Shown in pieces: positions 29,295 to 40,005 of a stretch of 64,000 bases of DNA. Position numbers and translations under genes: made by a program. This DNA comes from Alphaproteobacteria bacterium (GTDB lineage: Bacteria; Pseudomonadota; Alphaproteobacteria; UBA828), in assembly GCA_963422645.2 (NCBI GenBank), contig CAXXVO010000004.1, positions 512,001 to 576,000 on the forward strand, given 5' to 3'. Under the pieces are notes generated by a model. That model was not told where the DNA came from, did no database searches, and saw only the letters and a program-made list of their open reading frames with translations. Position 1 is the first letter of the stretch, and each line of letters starts with the position of its first letter.

Positions 29295-31453
29295 CCCAAG
29301 TTGGCACTTTTTCCGTTTGTTCGGGGCCGAATTGGCCAGGTTTTTCCGGCTGACACACCAGATATAGCGTTGACGAGAAGGGCACGCCCCTACATTTGCG
29401 ATTGCCGTCTCGAACTCCCTTTGTAGTGCCAGGGAATGGTGGGTTTGCAGGATTTCCCTTGACCCCACCACCAAAGCCGACATATCTGAACCCGCCACGA
29501 CCAAAACGTGCCGGGCGACATGTTCATCAGGGCAACCAAGACCCACACTACCGAAGGCAAGCCGGTCCGCAGCCATCGCCTCGTGCTCTCGCAGCGCATC
29601 GGCGACAAGGTCAGGCAGCGCACGCTTCTCAACCTCGGCACCGACTATCCGGTGCCGAAGGAGAAATGGCGCGAAGTTGCCGGACTCGCCGAGGCGCTGC
29701 TCAACGGCCGCCCGCCGCTGCTCGAAGCCGCGCCGGACGTGCAGGCCGCAGCCGAGGACATCGTCGCCAAGCTCAGGGCCAGGGGGTTCCGCCCCGAGGC
29801 GATACAGGAAGAGGCGCGCAAGCCCGACATCGCCACCGTCGACCTCGATACCCTGGAGCACGAGAACCCGCGCACGGTCGGCTGCGAGCGCCTGTGCCTC
29901 AAGGCCCTCGACGACCTCGGCTTCGCCGACATCCTCCACGGCCTCGATATCAAGGGCCGCGACGGGCGCATCGCCAGCGCGCTGATCGTCGCCAGGATGG
30001 TCCATCCCGCCAGCGAGCGTGACACCAGCCGCTGGCTGCGCCGCGACAGCGCGACCGCCGAGCTCCTGGGGCTGGAGGGCGACCGCAAGGCGCTGCGGCG
30101 CAAGACGCTCTACCGCATCGGCGACCTGCTCTGGCGCCACCGGGCCGCCATTCAGCGGGAGCTGTTCAACCGCGAGCGCGCGCTGCTCGACCTGCCCGAA
30201 ACGATCGCCTTTTACGATCTCACCAATGTCCACTACCACGGCCACACCCACGGCCAGCTTCCCAGGTTCGGGCGCTCCAAGCAGAAGCGCGACGACTGTC
30301 CGCTGATCACGCTGGCGCTGGCGCTCGACGGCGCAGGCTTCCCGCGCAGTTGCGAGATCCTGCCGGGCAACGTGAGCGAGCCGGGCACGCTGGAGGACGC
30401 GCTGGTCAGGCTCGAGGCGGTGTGCGGCGGCACGGCGCCGAAGCCCACGGTGGTCATGGACGCGGGCATCGCCACCGAGGAGAACGTCGCGTGGCTGGGC
30501 GAGCAGGGCTACGACTGGATCGCGGTCAGCCGCGGCGCCAGGCCGCCGCTGCCCGAGGGCGGGCCCGAGGCTCTGCTGATCACCAGCGCGCGGCACGAGG
30601 TGCGCGCCTGGCGGCTTGCCAGCGAGGACGGCGAGGCGCGGCTCTACGTCGTCAGCGAGGGCAAGAAGAAGGCCGAGAACGCGATCATCGGCCTCAGGCG
30701 GAACCGCTTCGAGGCGGCGCTGGAAAGGCTCCATAGCGGCCTGCCGGTCAAGGGCCGCCTCAAGCGCTACGACAGGGTGCTGGAGAGCATTGGCCGTCTC
30801 AAGCAGCGCTTCTCCACCGTCGCCAGACACTACGAGGTCACGGTCGAGAAGGCGAAAACCGGCCCCAACGCCGCCGCCGTGCGCTTCAAGCGCAGGCCGC
30901 AATACGACGAGGCCGACGAGGGCGCCGGCGCCTATGTGCTGCGCACCAGCCACGTCGACTGGGATATCGAGACGATCCTGCGGACCTACTGGCGCATCAC
31001 CGACATCGAGGCCACCTTCCGCAGCCTGAAATCCGAGCTCGGCCTTCGCCCGATCTGGCACCAGCTCGACCGTCGCATCGCGGCCCACCTGCTGATCGCC
31101 GTGCTGGCCTATCACGCCGTGCATCTGATCCGTACCCGACTGGCCGCGCGGGGCATCCACAAGTGCTGGGCATCGATCCGCGAGGGCATGCGGACCTGGG
31201 TGCGGATCACCACGCGACTGCGCCAGACCGACGGCACCTTGATCGTCAACCGCCAGGACACGCGCCCGGCCGCCGAGGTCGCCCAAATCTCCTCGGCGGC
31301 GGGTGTTGACCCCGCCATCCACCGCACGAGGACCCGCCTGACGAGCTGACAGAATCTCACAAAATGTAGTGCCATGTTGGAATCGGCAGAGAAAAATATT
31401 GCGCCATATCAAAGCGATAAACGACAGCAGAACACAAAAAGTGCCAACCTGGG
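29295..31453 (+). mobile_element. IS1634-family element, copy 2 (2159 bp)
   Basis: Same IRs as copy 1; CTGA duplicated at 29291-29294 and 31454-31457. Confidence 0.92.
29520..31349 (+). CDS. IS1634-family DDE transposase
   Basis: Protein identical to copy 1 except one Asp-to-Ala change (22099 A vs 30145 C). Confidence 0.9.
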   Translation: MFIRATKTHTTEGKPVRSHRLVLSQRIGDKVRQRTLLNLGTDYPVPKEKWREVAGLAEALLNGRPPLLEAAPDVQAAAEDIVAKLRARGFRPEAIQEEARKPDIATVDLDTLEHENPRTVGCERLCLKALDDLGFADILHGLDIKGRDGRIASALIVARMVHPASERDTSRWLRRDSATAELLGLEGDRKALRRKTLYRIGDLLWRHRAAIQRELFNRERALLDLPETIAFYDLTNVHYHGHTHGQLPRFGRSKQKRDDCPLITLALALDGAGFPRSCEILPGNVSEPGTLEDALVRLEAVCGGTAPKPTVVMDAGIATEENVAWLGEQGYDWIAVSRGARPPLPEGGPEALLITSARHEVRAWRLASEDGEARLYVVSEGKKKAENAIIGLRRNRFEAALERLHSGLPVKGRLKRYDRVLESIGRLKQRFSTVARHYEVTVEKAKTGPNAAAVRFKRRPQYDEADEGAGAYVLRTSHVDWDIETILRTYWRITDIEATFRSLKSELGLRPIWHQLDRRIAAHLLIAVLAYHAVHLIRTRLAARGIHKCWASIREGMRTWVRITTRLRQTDGTLIVNRQDTRPAAEVAQISSAAGVDPAIHRTRTRLTS

Positions 31454-31780
31454 CTGAGCTGGCGCTCGCCAAGGAAGAGCAGCGGGAGCTTCTGGAGGCG
31501 GTGCGGGAGGTTCGCGCGCTGATGCTGGAGGGGGAGGATGCGGGTCCCCTGGTGTGCGACATGCAGGAGCGGATCGCGGTGCAGTTCGACGCCTGGGCGT
31601 CTGCGATGGCCGGATCGGGCCGCTCGGAAGAGCTGTGCGCGGCGCTCGCCTCGGTGGTGTGTCAACGGCGGCGCGATTATGTACCGGTGCGGCGGCGTAA
31701 AATTGTCCCACGTGCATCGGCGGTAGCTTGTCCGCGTAGTCCATGGGAGGGGCCTGTGGGCCCACGCGGTCAAGCGGGGG

Positions 31781-32545
31781 TTATTCGGACGGAGGCGGGC
31801 GTCGGGACCTGCTCTGCTTGAGCCTGTAGCTGTCTGCGTTCATCTCGAGGATGTGGACATGGTGAGTGATGCGGTCGAGCAGTGCGCCGGTGAGGCGCTC
31901 GCTGGCGAACACCGAGGTCCATTCCTGGAAGGGCAGGTTCGAAGTGACGATGGTGGCGCCGTTTTCGTAGCGTCGGCTAAAGATGTCGAAGAGGAGCTCG
32001 CTTCCGGTCTGCGAGAGGGGCACGTAGCCGAGTTCGTCGACGATCAGCAGGCTGGCCCTGGCGAGCTGGTCCTGGAGGCGGAGCAGCCTCTTCTCGTCAC
32101 GCGCCTCGATCATCTCGTGGACCAGATGGGAGGCAGTGGTGAAGCGGACGGAGAGGCCCCTCTGGCAGGCGGCGAGGCCGAGGGCCAGAGCGATGTGCGT
32201 CTTGCCCACGCCGCTCGGTCCGAGCAGGATCGCGTTCTCGCGGCGCTCGATGTAATCGCCGCGCGCGAGGTCCAGCACCAGCATCTTGTTGAGACTGGGG
32301 ATGGCCTTGAAGTCGAAGCTCTCGAGCTGTTTGACGACGGGGAAGCGGGCCTGCCGGATGCGGCGCTCGACCAGGCGGCGCTCGCGGTCGATCATCTCCA
32401 TCTCCACCAGCCGGGCGAGGAACTGCACATGATCCAGGTCCTCGGCCGCGCACTGTTGCGCGACCTTTTCGTATTCGCGCAGGAAGGTCGGCAGCTTCAG
32501 CTTCTTCAGATGATGCTCGAGCAGGAGGCGGGGCGGCTCAGCCAT
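31781..32545 (-). CDS. istB: IS21 helper ATPase IstB
   Basis: LKLP, GPSGVGKTH, LLIVDELGY, TSNLPF, LLDRITHH. Confidence 0.92.
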   Translation of the reverse strand: MAEPPRLLLEHHLKKLKLPTFLREYEKVAQQCAAEDLDHVQFLARLVEMEMIDRERRLVERRIRQARFPVVKQLESFDFKAIPSLNKMLVLDLARGDYIERRENAILLGPSGVGKTHIALALGLAACQRGLSVRFTTASHLVHEMIEARDEKRLLRLQDQLARASLLIVDELGYVPLSQTGSELLFDIFSRRYENGATIVTSNLPFQEWTSVFASERLTGALLDRITHHVHILEMNADSYRLKQSRSRRPPPSE

Positions 32546-33919
32546 GGCCGACCCCTCCGGCGAGCAGGGAGGCATAGTCGCCGGCCCGGGTGGCGGCGAC
32601 GAAGGGCTGGCAGGTGGGGATAGCGCGACAGGTCGAGACGAACCGGGCGCTTCTCGATGCGCGCCAGCAGCAGGTGCTTGACGGCATCGAAGCCGATCAG
32701 GCGGCGCTTCACCGCGTCCTGCACCGCGGCCGTCACCTGGCGTTCCGGGAAGTCCTCCAGCAGGCGCAGGGTCTGGATGTATTCCCGCTTGCCGCGTGGC
32801 CCGAAGCGCGCCTCGAGCAGGCGGCGCAGCGTGTCGAAGGTCGGATCGAGCTTCCAACCCCGCAGCGGCGCCGCCTGATCCAGCGCGCCCGGCTTCTTCT
32901 CCAGAAGCGAGAGATAGTGCAGCGGGTCGTAGACCACGTCGCCGCGGACATAGCTCCGTCGATGGCGGGCGACGATCTCGGCGCCGAGCGCGATCTCGAC
33001 CCGGTCGACATAGCCCTTGACCGTCACCTTCTTGTGGGCGTGCACCGCCGGCGCCAGCGTCGTCCACCAGCCGGTAGCGCACCAGCGCCGTCGAGGAGAC
33101 CCAGCCCGGCACATGCTCGCACGCCTCGAAGGGAACCGCCGGCAGATCGCGCAGGGCGTCGAGATCGGCGAGTAGCGCCGCCGCCCGCTCGCCCTGCTCC
33201 AGCGCGTCGAGCCGCTCCAGGCAGTGCGCCAGCAGCCGATCGTTCAGGGCGTCCAGATCGGGCACCTTAGGGATCGGCACCATGAACTTGCGCCGCGCCG
33301 TCTTCACCAGGGCCTCGACCTTGCCCTTGTCGTTGCCCTTGCCGGGCCGGCCGAAGCGGTCGCGGAACAGGTAGTGCGACTGCAGATGCGTGAACGCCCG
33401 CGTGCGCTGACGCGTGCCGTCGCCCAGGATCCGCGCCACCGCAAGCGTCGTGTTGTCATAGAGGATCGAGCGGGGAACCCCGCCGAGAAAGGCGAAGGCG
33501 CTGACATGGCCGTCGAGAAAGGCTTCCGTCGTCTCCCTCGGATATGCCTTCACGAACCACAGATCGGAATGCGGCAGGATCAGGCAGAAGAAGGCGACCT
33601 GGGCATGGCCCGGCGGGTGATGGAGCGGAACGAAAGCCTCGCGCGTCGACTGCCCACGGGCCCGGACATAATCCTTCACGATCGTATACCCGCCCGTGAA
33701 CCCGTGCTCGTCGCGCAGCCGCTCGAAAATCCGGTGCGCCGTGTGCCGCTGCTTGCCCGGCACCTCCGGATCGGCGTCCGCCTCCAGGATCGCGTCGACG
33801 ATGCCGGTGAACCCGTCCAGCTTGGGACGCCGCACCGGCTTCCTCCGCCGGTAGCCAGGCGGCGCCGAATAGCTCAGCATCTTCTTCACCGTCCGGCGGT
33901 CGATCCCGAACCGCCGACC
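32542..33919 (-). pseudogene. istA: IS21 transposase IstA, truncated, frameshifted and internally deleted
   Basis: QRHTAHRIFERL, ILYDN, GNDKGKVE; the C-terminal half lies in another frame (YDPLHYL..LEKKPGALDQAAPL). Confidence 0.88.
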
Positions 33920-34069
33920 TGAGCGCGCGCGGTCTTTCAGCGGGGATCGGGGCCTGATCCGCTCGGATTTGTTGAGGTTTTGGGGCGGGTGCCCCTCGGC
34001 GAACTTGCAAGAAGTTCGCCGGGGGGCTTTGTCTCGTGGTGACGGTCACAATCGCCAGAGACGGCCCCA

Positions 34070-34687
34070 ATGTCGCACAACATTTTCCGCCACTCCATGC
34101 TTTGCAACGCCCTGGTCTGGGCCTGGCTGCGCGAGGTCGATGAGGCCGAGGCGGCGCGCTGCCGCGAGGCGGGCTGCCGACACTGCCCCGGCAAGCTGCA
34201 CAGCGCGACGTATCCGCGCAAGCCGTACGGTCTGGCAGCCGAGTTGAGGGAAGAGGGCACGCGGCGGTTCAGCTTCTGCTGCGCGGATTGCCGCCTGCGA
34301 GCGACCCCACCATCGGTACGATTCTTCGGGCGCCGCTTTTATCTGGGCGCCCTGTTCGTTCTGTTGAGTGCACTGGTTCTGAGAGGCGGGGTGCGGTTGC
34401 AGACGATCAAGCGGAAGTGGGGGGTCTCGGTCGCCACACTGCGCCGCTGGCGGAAGTGGTGGCTGGAGGCGTTCCCGGCGACGGAGCCCTGGGGAGCGAA
34501 GCGTGGCGAACTGGTGATGCCACCCGAGGAGGTGCCGCTGCTCTTCGTGCTGCGGCAGATGCGGGGCGGACGCTTCGGTGAGCGTCTGTTCCTGAGCCTG
34601 ATCTGGTTCAAGCCGTGGACGGGCTATTGCGGGCTCGGCGATGGCTCGGCGCCGCCCGCAGAAAGTGTTCCTGTCACGCCCGGATAG
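34070..34687 (+). CDS. Transposon accessory protein with zinc ribbon and C-terminal HTH
   Basis: GCRHC...YPRKP.G...RFSFCCADC.R.TPPSVRF.GRR.Y; WGVSVATLRRWR.WW. Confidence 0.75.
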   Translation: MSHNIFRHSMLCNALVWAWLREVDEAEAARCREAGCRHCPGKLHSATYPRKPYGLAAELREEGTRRFSFCCADCRLRATPPSVRFFGRRFYLGALFVLLSALVLRGGVRLQTIKRKWGVSVATLRRWRKWWLEAFPATEPWGAKRGELVMPPEEVPLLFVLRQMRGGRFGERLFLSLIWFKPWTGYCGLGDGSAPPAESVPVTPG

Positions 34688-34736
34688 GGCGTTCTACATG
34701 GGCATCTCTCCGATGCGGCGAGGGAGGGATGCCGGA

Positions 34737-36215
34737 ATGGACAAGGACGACGCAGGCGCCAGGCGCGAGAAGTGGGCCCGGCTGCGCTTTGCGGTGGTGG
34801 GGCCGCTTCTGGCTTCACCGCCGCCTGCAGGCCAGCTGGGGGCCGAGTTCGAGCGTCTGTCGCAGCGCGACTGGGAGCACCCGTCGGGCAAGGGGCCGGT
34901 GCGCTTTGCGGCCTCGACGATCGAGCGCTGGTACTACCGGGCGCGGGCAGAGGAGCAGGACCCGGTCAAGGCGCTGCGCCGGAAGCCTCGGACCGACGTC
35001 GGCCGCGAGCGGTCCATGTCGGCGGGGCTGATCGCGGCGCTGCGCGAGCAGTACCGGGTCCATCCCTCGTGGGCGGCGCAGCTCCACTACGAGACCCTCA
35101 AGGCTCATGTTGCGACCCATCCCGAGCTCGGCCCGATGCCGTCCTACGCGACGCTGACGCGGGCGATGCGCAATCGCGGCCTGGTGCGCGAGCGCCCCAG
35201 GAAGTGGCACGAGGGTGAGGACAAGCCGGCGGTCGAAGCCCGCGAGGTCCTTAGCTACGAGGTGTCTCGCAGTCACGCGCTGTGGCACGGGGACTTCCAC
35301 CACGGCAAGCGCCGCGTGCTGACGGCGTCGGGCGAATGGCAGACGCCCATCCTGCTCGGCTTCCTCGACGACCACTCCAGGCTTGGCTGCCACCTGCAGT
35401 GGTACCTGGAGGAGACCGCCGAGGTCTTCGTCCACGGGCTCTGTCAGGCCTTCATGAAGAGGGACTTGCCCAGGTCCCTGCTGACCGACAACGGCGGGCC
35501 GATGACGGCGGGCGAGGTCGAGGAGGGCTTGCACCGCCTCATCGGCATCGTGGGGGCCACGACACTCGCTTACAGCCCCCATCAAAATGGAAAAATCGAG
35601 TCGTTCTGGGGCACGGTCGAGGGCCGCCTGATGGCTCAGCTCGAAGGCGTCGACGCGCTCACCCTGAAGATGCTCAACGACGCCACCATAGCCTGGCTGG
35701 AGCAGGACTACCATCGGCGGGTGCACCGCGAGCTCGGCATGACGCCGCATGAACGCCTCGCCGGGAGCGTCAAGGCATCGAGGCCCTGCCCCGCCTCGGA
35801 CGAGCTCAAGGCGGCCTTCCGCATCGCCAGGAAGCGCACGCTCAGGCGCTCGGACGGCACCGTCTCGGTCGAGGGCATCCGCTACCAGGTGCCACAGCCG
35901 TGGCGCCACCTGAGGACGCTCTGGGTCCGCTATGCGCGCTGGGACCTCAGCGGCGTCGATCTGGTGGAAGGCCGAAGCGGCGAGCGGCTGTGCACGCTGT
36001 ACCCCCTCGACAAGCGCGGCAACGCCGATGGCGTCCGCCGTCCTGCGAGACCCGGCAGCGACCATGGCGGCGCCAGCGCGGGCGTCGGCGAACTTCCGCC
36101 GCTGCTCAAGGGCGTGCTCGACGCCCAGGCCGCAACAGGCCTGCCGCCGGCCTGGGTACCCCATAACAAGACGCCCGGTCCGGGCGAGGACGACGATCAG
36201 GGAGATCCGTCATGA
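34737..36215 (+). CDS. DDE/rve integrase-transposase (IS481/Mu-like)
   Basis: STIERWYY HTH, LWHGDF, LLTDNG, NGKIESFW triad, Mu-like C-terminal DGTVSVEG; GGGAGG RBS. Confidence 0.88.
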   Translation: MDKDDAGARREKWARLRFAVVGPLLASPPPAGQLGAEFERLSQRDWEHPSGKGPVRFAASTIERWYYRARAEEQDPVKALRRKPRTDVGRERSMSAGLIAALREQYRVHPSWAAQLHYETLKAHVATHPELGPMPSYATLTRAMRNRGLVRERPRKWHEGEDKPAVEAREVLSYEVSRSHALWHGDFHHGKRRVLTASGEWQTPILLGFLDDHSRLGCHLQWYLEETAEVFVHGLCQAFMKRDLPRSLLTDNGGPMTAGEVEEGLHRLIGIVGATTLAYSPHQNGKIESFWGTVEGRLMAQLEGVDALTLKMLNDATIAWLEQDYHRRVHRELGMTPHERLAGSVKASRPCPASDELKAAFRIARKRTLRRSDGTVSVEGIRYQVPQPWRHLRTLWVRYARWDLSGVDLVEGRSGERLCTLYPLDKRGNADGVRRPARPGSDHGGASAGVGELPPLLKGVLDAQAATGLPPAWVPHNKTPGPGEDDDQGDPS

Positions 36216-36240
36216 ACCGCGAGCTGCTCACCTTCTACGG
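36212..36240 (+). pseudogene. First 10 codons of a probable ExeA-like AAA+ ATPase
   Basis: ATGA overlap with the transposase stop; MNRELLTFYG resembles recalled ExeA-like starts (..L..YGL..NPF). Confidence 0.45.
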
Positions 36241-36442
36241 TGTCAATCGGCTTTCAATACTGACCCCCGATCGGCGTGCAAAATTGACCCCCCTGAGTGG
36301 CACGGCGGAGGTTGTCCCGGTAGCCAATAGGGGGGACCCGCGCGGCTTCGTGTGGCGCCCTGCGCTACGCGGAGCGAAGCCGCGTGGGGGGTCCCTGTTG
36401 GCCCACCGGGGCAACCGGGCCGCAAGGGAGGCCGGCGGCGGG

Positions 36443-37171
36443 TCAGGAGCGGTTCTTGAAGCGCCAGCTCTCGTTGCCGGTCTCGATGATCTCGCAATGA
36501 TGGGTGAGGCGATCGAGCAGCGCTGTGGTCATCTTGGGGTCACCGAAGACGGATGGCCATTCGCCGAAGGCGAGGTTTGTGGTGATGACGATCGAGGTGC
36601 GCTCGTAGAGCCGGCTCATCAGATGGAAGAGCAGCTGCCCACCGGCCTGGGCGAAGGGCAGGTAGCCGAGCTCGTCGAGGATGACGAAGTCGCGGCGGAC
36701 GAGCTGGTCTGCAGTGCGGCCCTGGCGTCCGGCGCGAAGCTCGGCCTCGAGGAGGTTGACCAGGTCGACGACGTTGTAGCACCGGCCGCGCGCGCCCTTG
36801 CGGATGCAGGACCGCGCGATGGCGACGGCGAGATGGGTCTTGCCGGTACCGGTGCCGCCGACCAGCACGATGTTGCGTTTGCCCTCGAGGAAGCCGCCGC
36901 CGGCGAGCTCCTGGATCAGGGGCTCGTTGACCGGCGAGGCGGCGAAGTCGAAGTCGGCCAGCTCCTTGACCGTCGGCAGCTTGGCGGAGGCCATCTGGTA
37001 CTTGATCGAGCGGGCCCTCTTGTCGGCGATCTCGACCTGCAGCAGCGTACCGATGATCTGTTGCACCGGATGGCGGCGCTTGAGCCCGTCGGCAAGGATG
37101 TCGTCGTAAGCGGCGCGCATACCTGCGAGCTTCAGCTGGGTCATCATCTCCAGCACATCATGACGCTCCAT
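36443..37171 (-). CDS. istB: IS21 helper ATPase IstB
   Basis: [28 protein letters not shown]. Confidence 0.95.
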   Translation of the reverse strand: MERHDVLEMMTQLKLAGMRAAYDDILADGLKRRHPVQQIIGTLLQVEIADKRARSIKYQMASAKLPTVKELADFDFAASPVNEPLIQELAGGGFLEGKRNIVLVGGTGTGKTHLAVAIARSCIRKGARGRCYNVVDLVNLLEAELRAGRQGRTADQLVRRDFVILDELGYLPFAQAGGQLLFHLMSRLYERTSIVITTNLAFGEWPSVFGDPKMTTALLDRLTHHCEIIETGNESWRFKNRS

Positions 37172-38684
37172 GACCGGCCTCCCTCAGGCTGTCGTAGCGC
37201 TGACAGTCGGCTACCGGCTTGTGGCGAAGCTGCAGGCCCTCGGGCGTCGGGATGATTGCCGGCGGTGCCGGCTGGCGCTGCCGGGCGAGGATGTTGAGCA
37301 CCACGTCGGCGCTGCAGGCACCGCAGTCGAGCGTCTCGGCACAGGCCGCCTCAACCGCCTCCAGTCCGTCCTCCAGCACCGCCGCGAGCACCTTGACGAA
37401 CTGCCGGTCGCCGTCGTCGTGGCCCGCGAGCCGGGTTCGCAGGCGGCCGAGCGCGTTGGGCAACTGCCAGTCCTTGAAGGGCGCGCCATTGCGTAGCGCG
37501 CCGGGCTTCCGCGTCAGGATCGGCACGTAATGCCACGGATCGTAGACGAACCGGCCGCGCCCGAAGCTGCGGGGGTGCTCGGCAACGGTCTCGCCGTCCT
37601 GGCGGATGACGATCCGATCGGCATAGGCCCGCACGTCCACCGGCCGGCCGACGGCGCGGGCCGCGACGCTGTACTGGTTGTTGTCGAAGCGCACCAGACA
37701 GGTCTTCGAGACCGACACCTCGCTGGCATGGAAGCCGTCGAAGGGGCCGCGATACGCCATCAGGAAGGGCTGCTCCTCCTCGAACACCTGCCACACCGTC
37801 TTGCCCGGGATTGTCGGATGCGGATGCTTCTTGGCGTCCTCGATGCACCGATCCATCAGCCACTCGTTGATCTCGGCGTAGGAGCGGCCCCGCGGGATGG
37901 GCACGAACAGGCGGCCGCGAAGGTCACCCACCTGCTTCTCGACCTGCCCCTTCTCCCAGCCAGCCCCTGGCGTGCACGCCACAGGCTCCACCAGATGGTG
38001 CGAGCACAGCTCCTGGAAGCGGCGGTTGTAGTCCCGCTTCTTGCCCACGAAGATCGTGCTCACCGCCGTCTTCATGTTGTCGTAGATGCCCCGCCGGCAG
38101 ACCCCGCCGAAGAAGCGGAAGGCACGCTCGTGCGCCTCGAAGACCATCTCCTGGCTCTCGCGGGGAAAGATCTGGACCAGATACATCCGGCTGTGGCACA
38201 GCCGCATGTGCGCCGCCTTCACCCTGGTCGTCGCGCCCGACAGACGCGCGTACTCGTGGCTCCAGTCGAACTGGTAGGCCTCGCCGGGATCGAAGATCAG
38301 CGGCACATAGGCCTGCGCCGGCGACAACAGCCGCCACCGGCGCCGCCAGGCCCTGGCATAGCGGCGAACCGCGTCATAGCCGCCCTTGTAGCCCAGCGAC
38401 ACAAGGTCTTCATGAATCCGCAGAAGAGACAGCCGATCCTTGCGTGCCTTCTTCTCGTTGGCCTTCAGCTGGCGCTCAAGCTCCTCCACCCACAGCCCAA
38501 GCTTCGGCATCGGCTGGATCTTGCGCTCGTAGCTGTGCGAGGTCGCATCGCCCCGCACCACCTTGCGTATCGTGTTCTTGGAAACCCTCAAATCCCGGGC
38601 GAGCTTCTTGATCGGAACGCCCTTCACCAGATGATCCCGACGGATCTTCGCGATCGTTTCCACAACCAGCATCTCCCCCACCAC
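37158..38684 (-). CDS. istA: IS21 transposase IstA
   Basis: [31 protein letters not shown]. Confidence 0.95.
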   Translation of the reverse strand: MVGEMLVVETIAKIRRDHLVKGVPIKKLARDLRVSKNTIRKVVRGDATSHSYERKIQPMPKLGLWVEELERQLKANEKKARKDRLSLLRIHEDLVSLGYKGGYDAVRRYARAWRRRWRLLSPAQAYVPLIFDPGEAYQFDWSHEYARLSGATTRVKAAHMRLCHSRMYLVQIFPRESQEMVFEAHERAFRFFGGVCRRGIYDNMKTAVSTIFVGKKRDYNRRFQELCSHHLVEPVACTPGAGWEKGQVEKQVGDLRGRLFVPIPRGRSYAEINEWLMDRCIEDAKKHPHPTIPGKTVWQVFEEEQPFLMAYRGPFDGFHASEVSVSKTCLVRFDNNQYSVAARAVGRPVDVRAYADRIVIRQDGETVAEHPRSFGRGRFVYDPWHYVPILTRKPGALRNGAPFKDWQLPNALGRLRTRLAGHDDGDRQFVKVLAAVLEDGLEAVEAACAETLDCGACSADVVLNILARQRQPAPPAIIPTPEGLQLRHKPVADCQRYDSLREAGHGAS

Positions 38685-38792
38685 CCCGTCCGTCCAAACG
38701 ACGAGGTGTGTTCATGGACACAAATCCAAGGGGGTCAATTTTGGACGCCGATCACCCCCAATAGGGGGTCACTTTTCCACGCTTAACAACAG

Positions 38793-39851
38793 TCAGTGGG
38801 TGAAGCGCGATTCCGTATCTGCGGTGCCGAATTTGCGGCTGTCTTCGTCGCTCCACTCCTCGCCGGACGCCTGGCTCGCAAATTTCTCGATCATGTAGTC
38901 ACCGGCGACGATCGGCGGGTATTTAGCCGGCTGATCGGGCCCGTGGCAGGTCGGCAGGCACTCGATCAGCGCATCGTGGTTGGGCATGATGAAGTGGCAG
39001 GCGGAGAGGCGCTCCCCCGCCGCTTGCGGCGGGTTGACCACACGATGCCGTGTGGACTTCCAGCGGTCGTTCGTCCAGCGCATCAGGAAGTCGCCGATAT
39101 TGACCACGAACGACCCGGCGACGAAGGGTACGTCCACCCAGTTGCCGTCCGGGCCGCGCGCCTGCAGGCCGCCCGGCTTGTCCTCGATCAGGCAGATGGT
39201 GAGATTGTCATAGTCCGAATGCTCGCCGGCGCGGAGCTGACCCTCCTCGGGTTCCTCCCGCTGATCCGGATAGTTGAGCACGCGCAGGATGCTGAATCCC
39301 CGGTCGATTTTGTCCTCGAAATGGTCTTCGGGCAGATCGAAGGCGATCGCCGCGAGCCGGTGCAGGTGCTGGCTCAGCCGGTCCAGGGCCCTGATGTACG
39401 CCTCGCACGTGGGGCGGAGTGTCGCCGGGTTCTCAGGCCACATGTTGGACCTGTAGAGGGGTGCGGCCTCCTCGGTGCGGCAGGAGGGATGGTCCGGGAC
39501 CTCGAGCGGCCCGATCGAGAGGGATTCCTTCAGGTCGGGCGGCGTCTCCACACCGATCGTCGCCGAGAGCTGCTCCGTGCCGACCGGCTCGTAACCCCGG
39601 CTTCCCTTTTGCTCCTTCCGCTGCCTGATGGCGAGTTTCTCCTCGAGCGGCAGAGCGAAGAACGCCTTCGATTCACGTTGAACGCCCTTGACCAGCGCCG
39701 GTGCCACCCCGTGGCCGGAAATCAGGAAGAAACCGATACGCTCGCAGGCACGGCTCATCTCGTCCGCGACGCGCTTCTTGTCGGCGCGGCCGCCCGCGAA
39801 ATAGGGGCCTATGTCGATTAAGGGAATTTGGGAGAGGGGATTGGCCGGCAT
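38793..39851 (-). CDS. Isopenicillin N synthase-family 2OG-Fe(II) oxygenase
   Basis: IPLIDI, GFFLISGHG, LRVLNYP, HSDY, VNIGD, HRVV, R.S. Confidence 0.92.
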   Translation of the reverse strand: MPANPLSQIPLIDIGPYFAGGRADKKRVADEMSRACERIGFFLISGHGVAPALVKGVQRESKAFFALPLEEKLAIRQRKEQKGSRGYEPVGTEQLSATIGVETPPDLKESLSIGPLEVPDHPSCRTEEAAPLYRSNMWPENPATLRPTCEAYIRALDRLSQHLHRLAAIAFDLPEDHFEDKIDRGFSILRVLNYPDQREEPEEGQLRAGEHSDYDNLTICLIEDKPGGLQARGPDGNWVDVPFVAGSFVVNIGDFLMRWTNDRWKSTRHRVVNPPQAAGERLSACHFIMPNHDALIECLPTCHGPDQPAKYPPIVAGDYMIEKFASQASGEEWSDEDSRKFGTADTESRFTH

Positions 39852-40005
39852 GGGAACTCCTCGCGCCGTGCTTCAAGCCTTCTACCGCACGTCCCGTCGC
39901 GTCCCTGCTGCCAAGGTGCGACCCGCGGGCGGCGTGGCGGCCATGGCAATACTACGCAGCCTAGCCCGGAATTCTCGCCACTGTCACGGCCTGCCTCCGG
40001 TTCCG

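Larger units (their letters stand above)
29104..31659 (+). pseudogene. RHH/MobC-like protein interrupted by IS1634 and truncated by IS21
   Basis: ISLSATDADWEIVRSNAKRRGLSIARYLV; removing the IS and one CTGA restores the frame ...CPELALAKEEQRELL.... Confidence 0.6.
31660..33919 (-). mobile_element. IS21-family element A, partial (only the istB-side end present)
   Basis: End TGTCAACGGCGGCG...GCGGCGGCGTAAAATTGTCC with internal repeats; istA 5' end cut at about 33919. Confidence 0.85.
33920..36240 (+). mobile_element. Partial three-gene transposon (zinc-ribbon protein + DDE integrase + probable ATPase), right part lost
   Basis: Begins TGAGCG at the point where istA is cut; three tightly linked ORFs; cut by IS21 B at 36241. 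Confidence 0.65.
36241..38791 (-). mobile_element. IS21-family element B (complete, 2551 bp, no target duplication)
   Basis: Ends TGTCAATCGG...TGACCCC and GGGGTCA...AACAACA, each with two TGACCCC repeats; flanks differ. Confidence 0.92.

Noticed and set aside
31781-33889. Natural 702-aa IstA-IstB fusion
   Set aside because: The middle is out-of-frame sequence produced by frameshifts; the true IstA C-terminus is in ORF 32506-33114.
36212-37255. 347-aa ORF as a complete ATPase gene
   Set aside because: Only the first 10 codons precede the IS21 end; the rest is antisense to istB.
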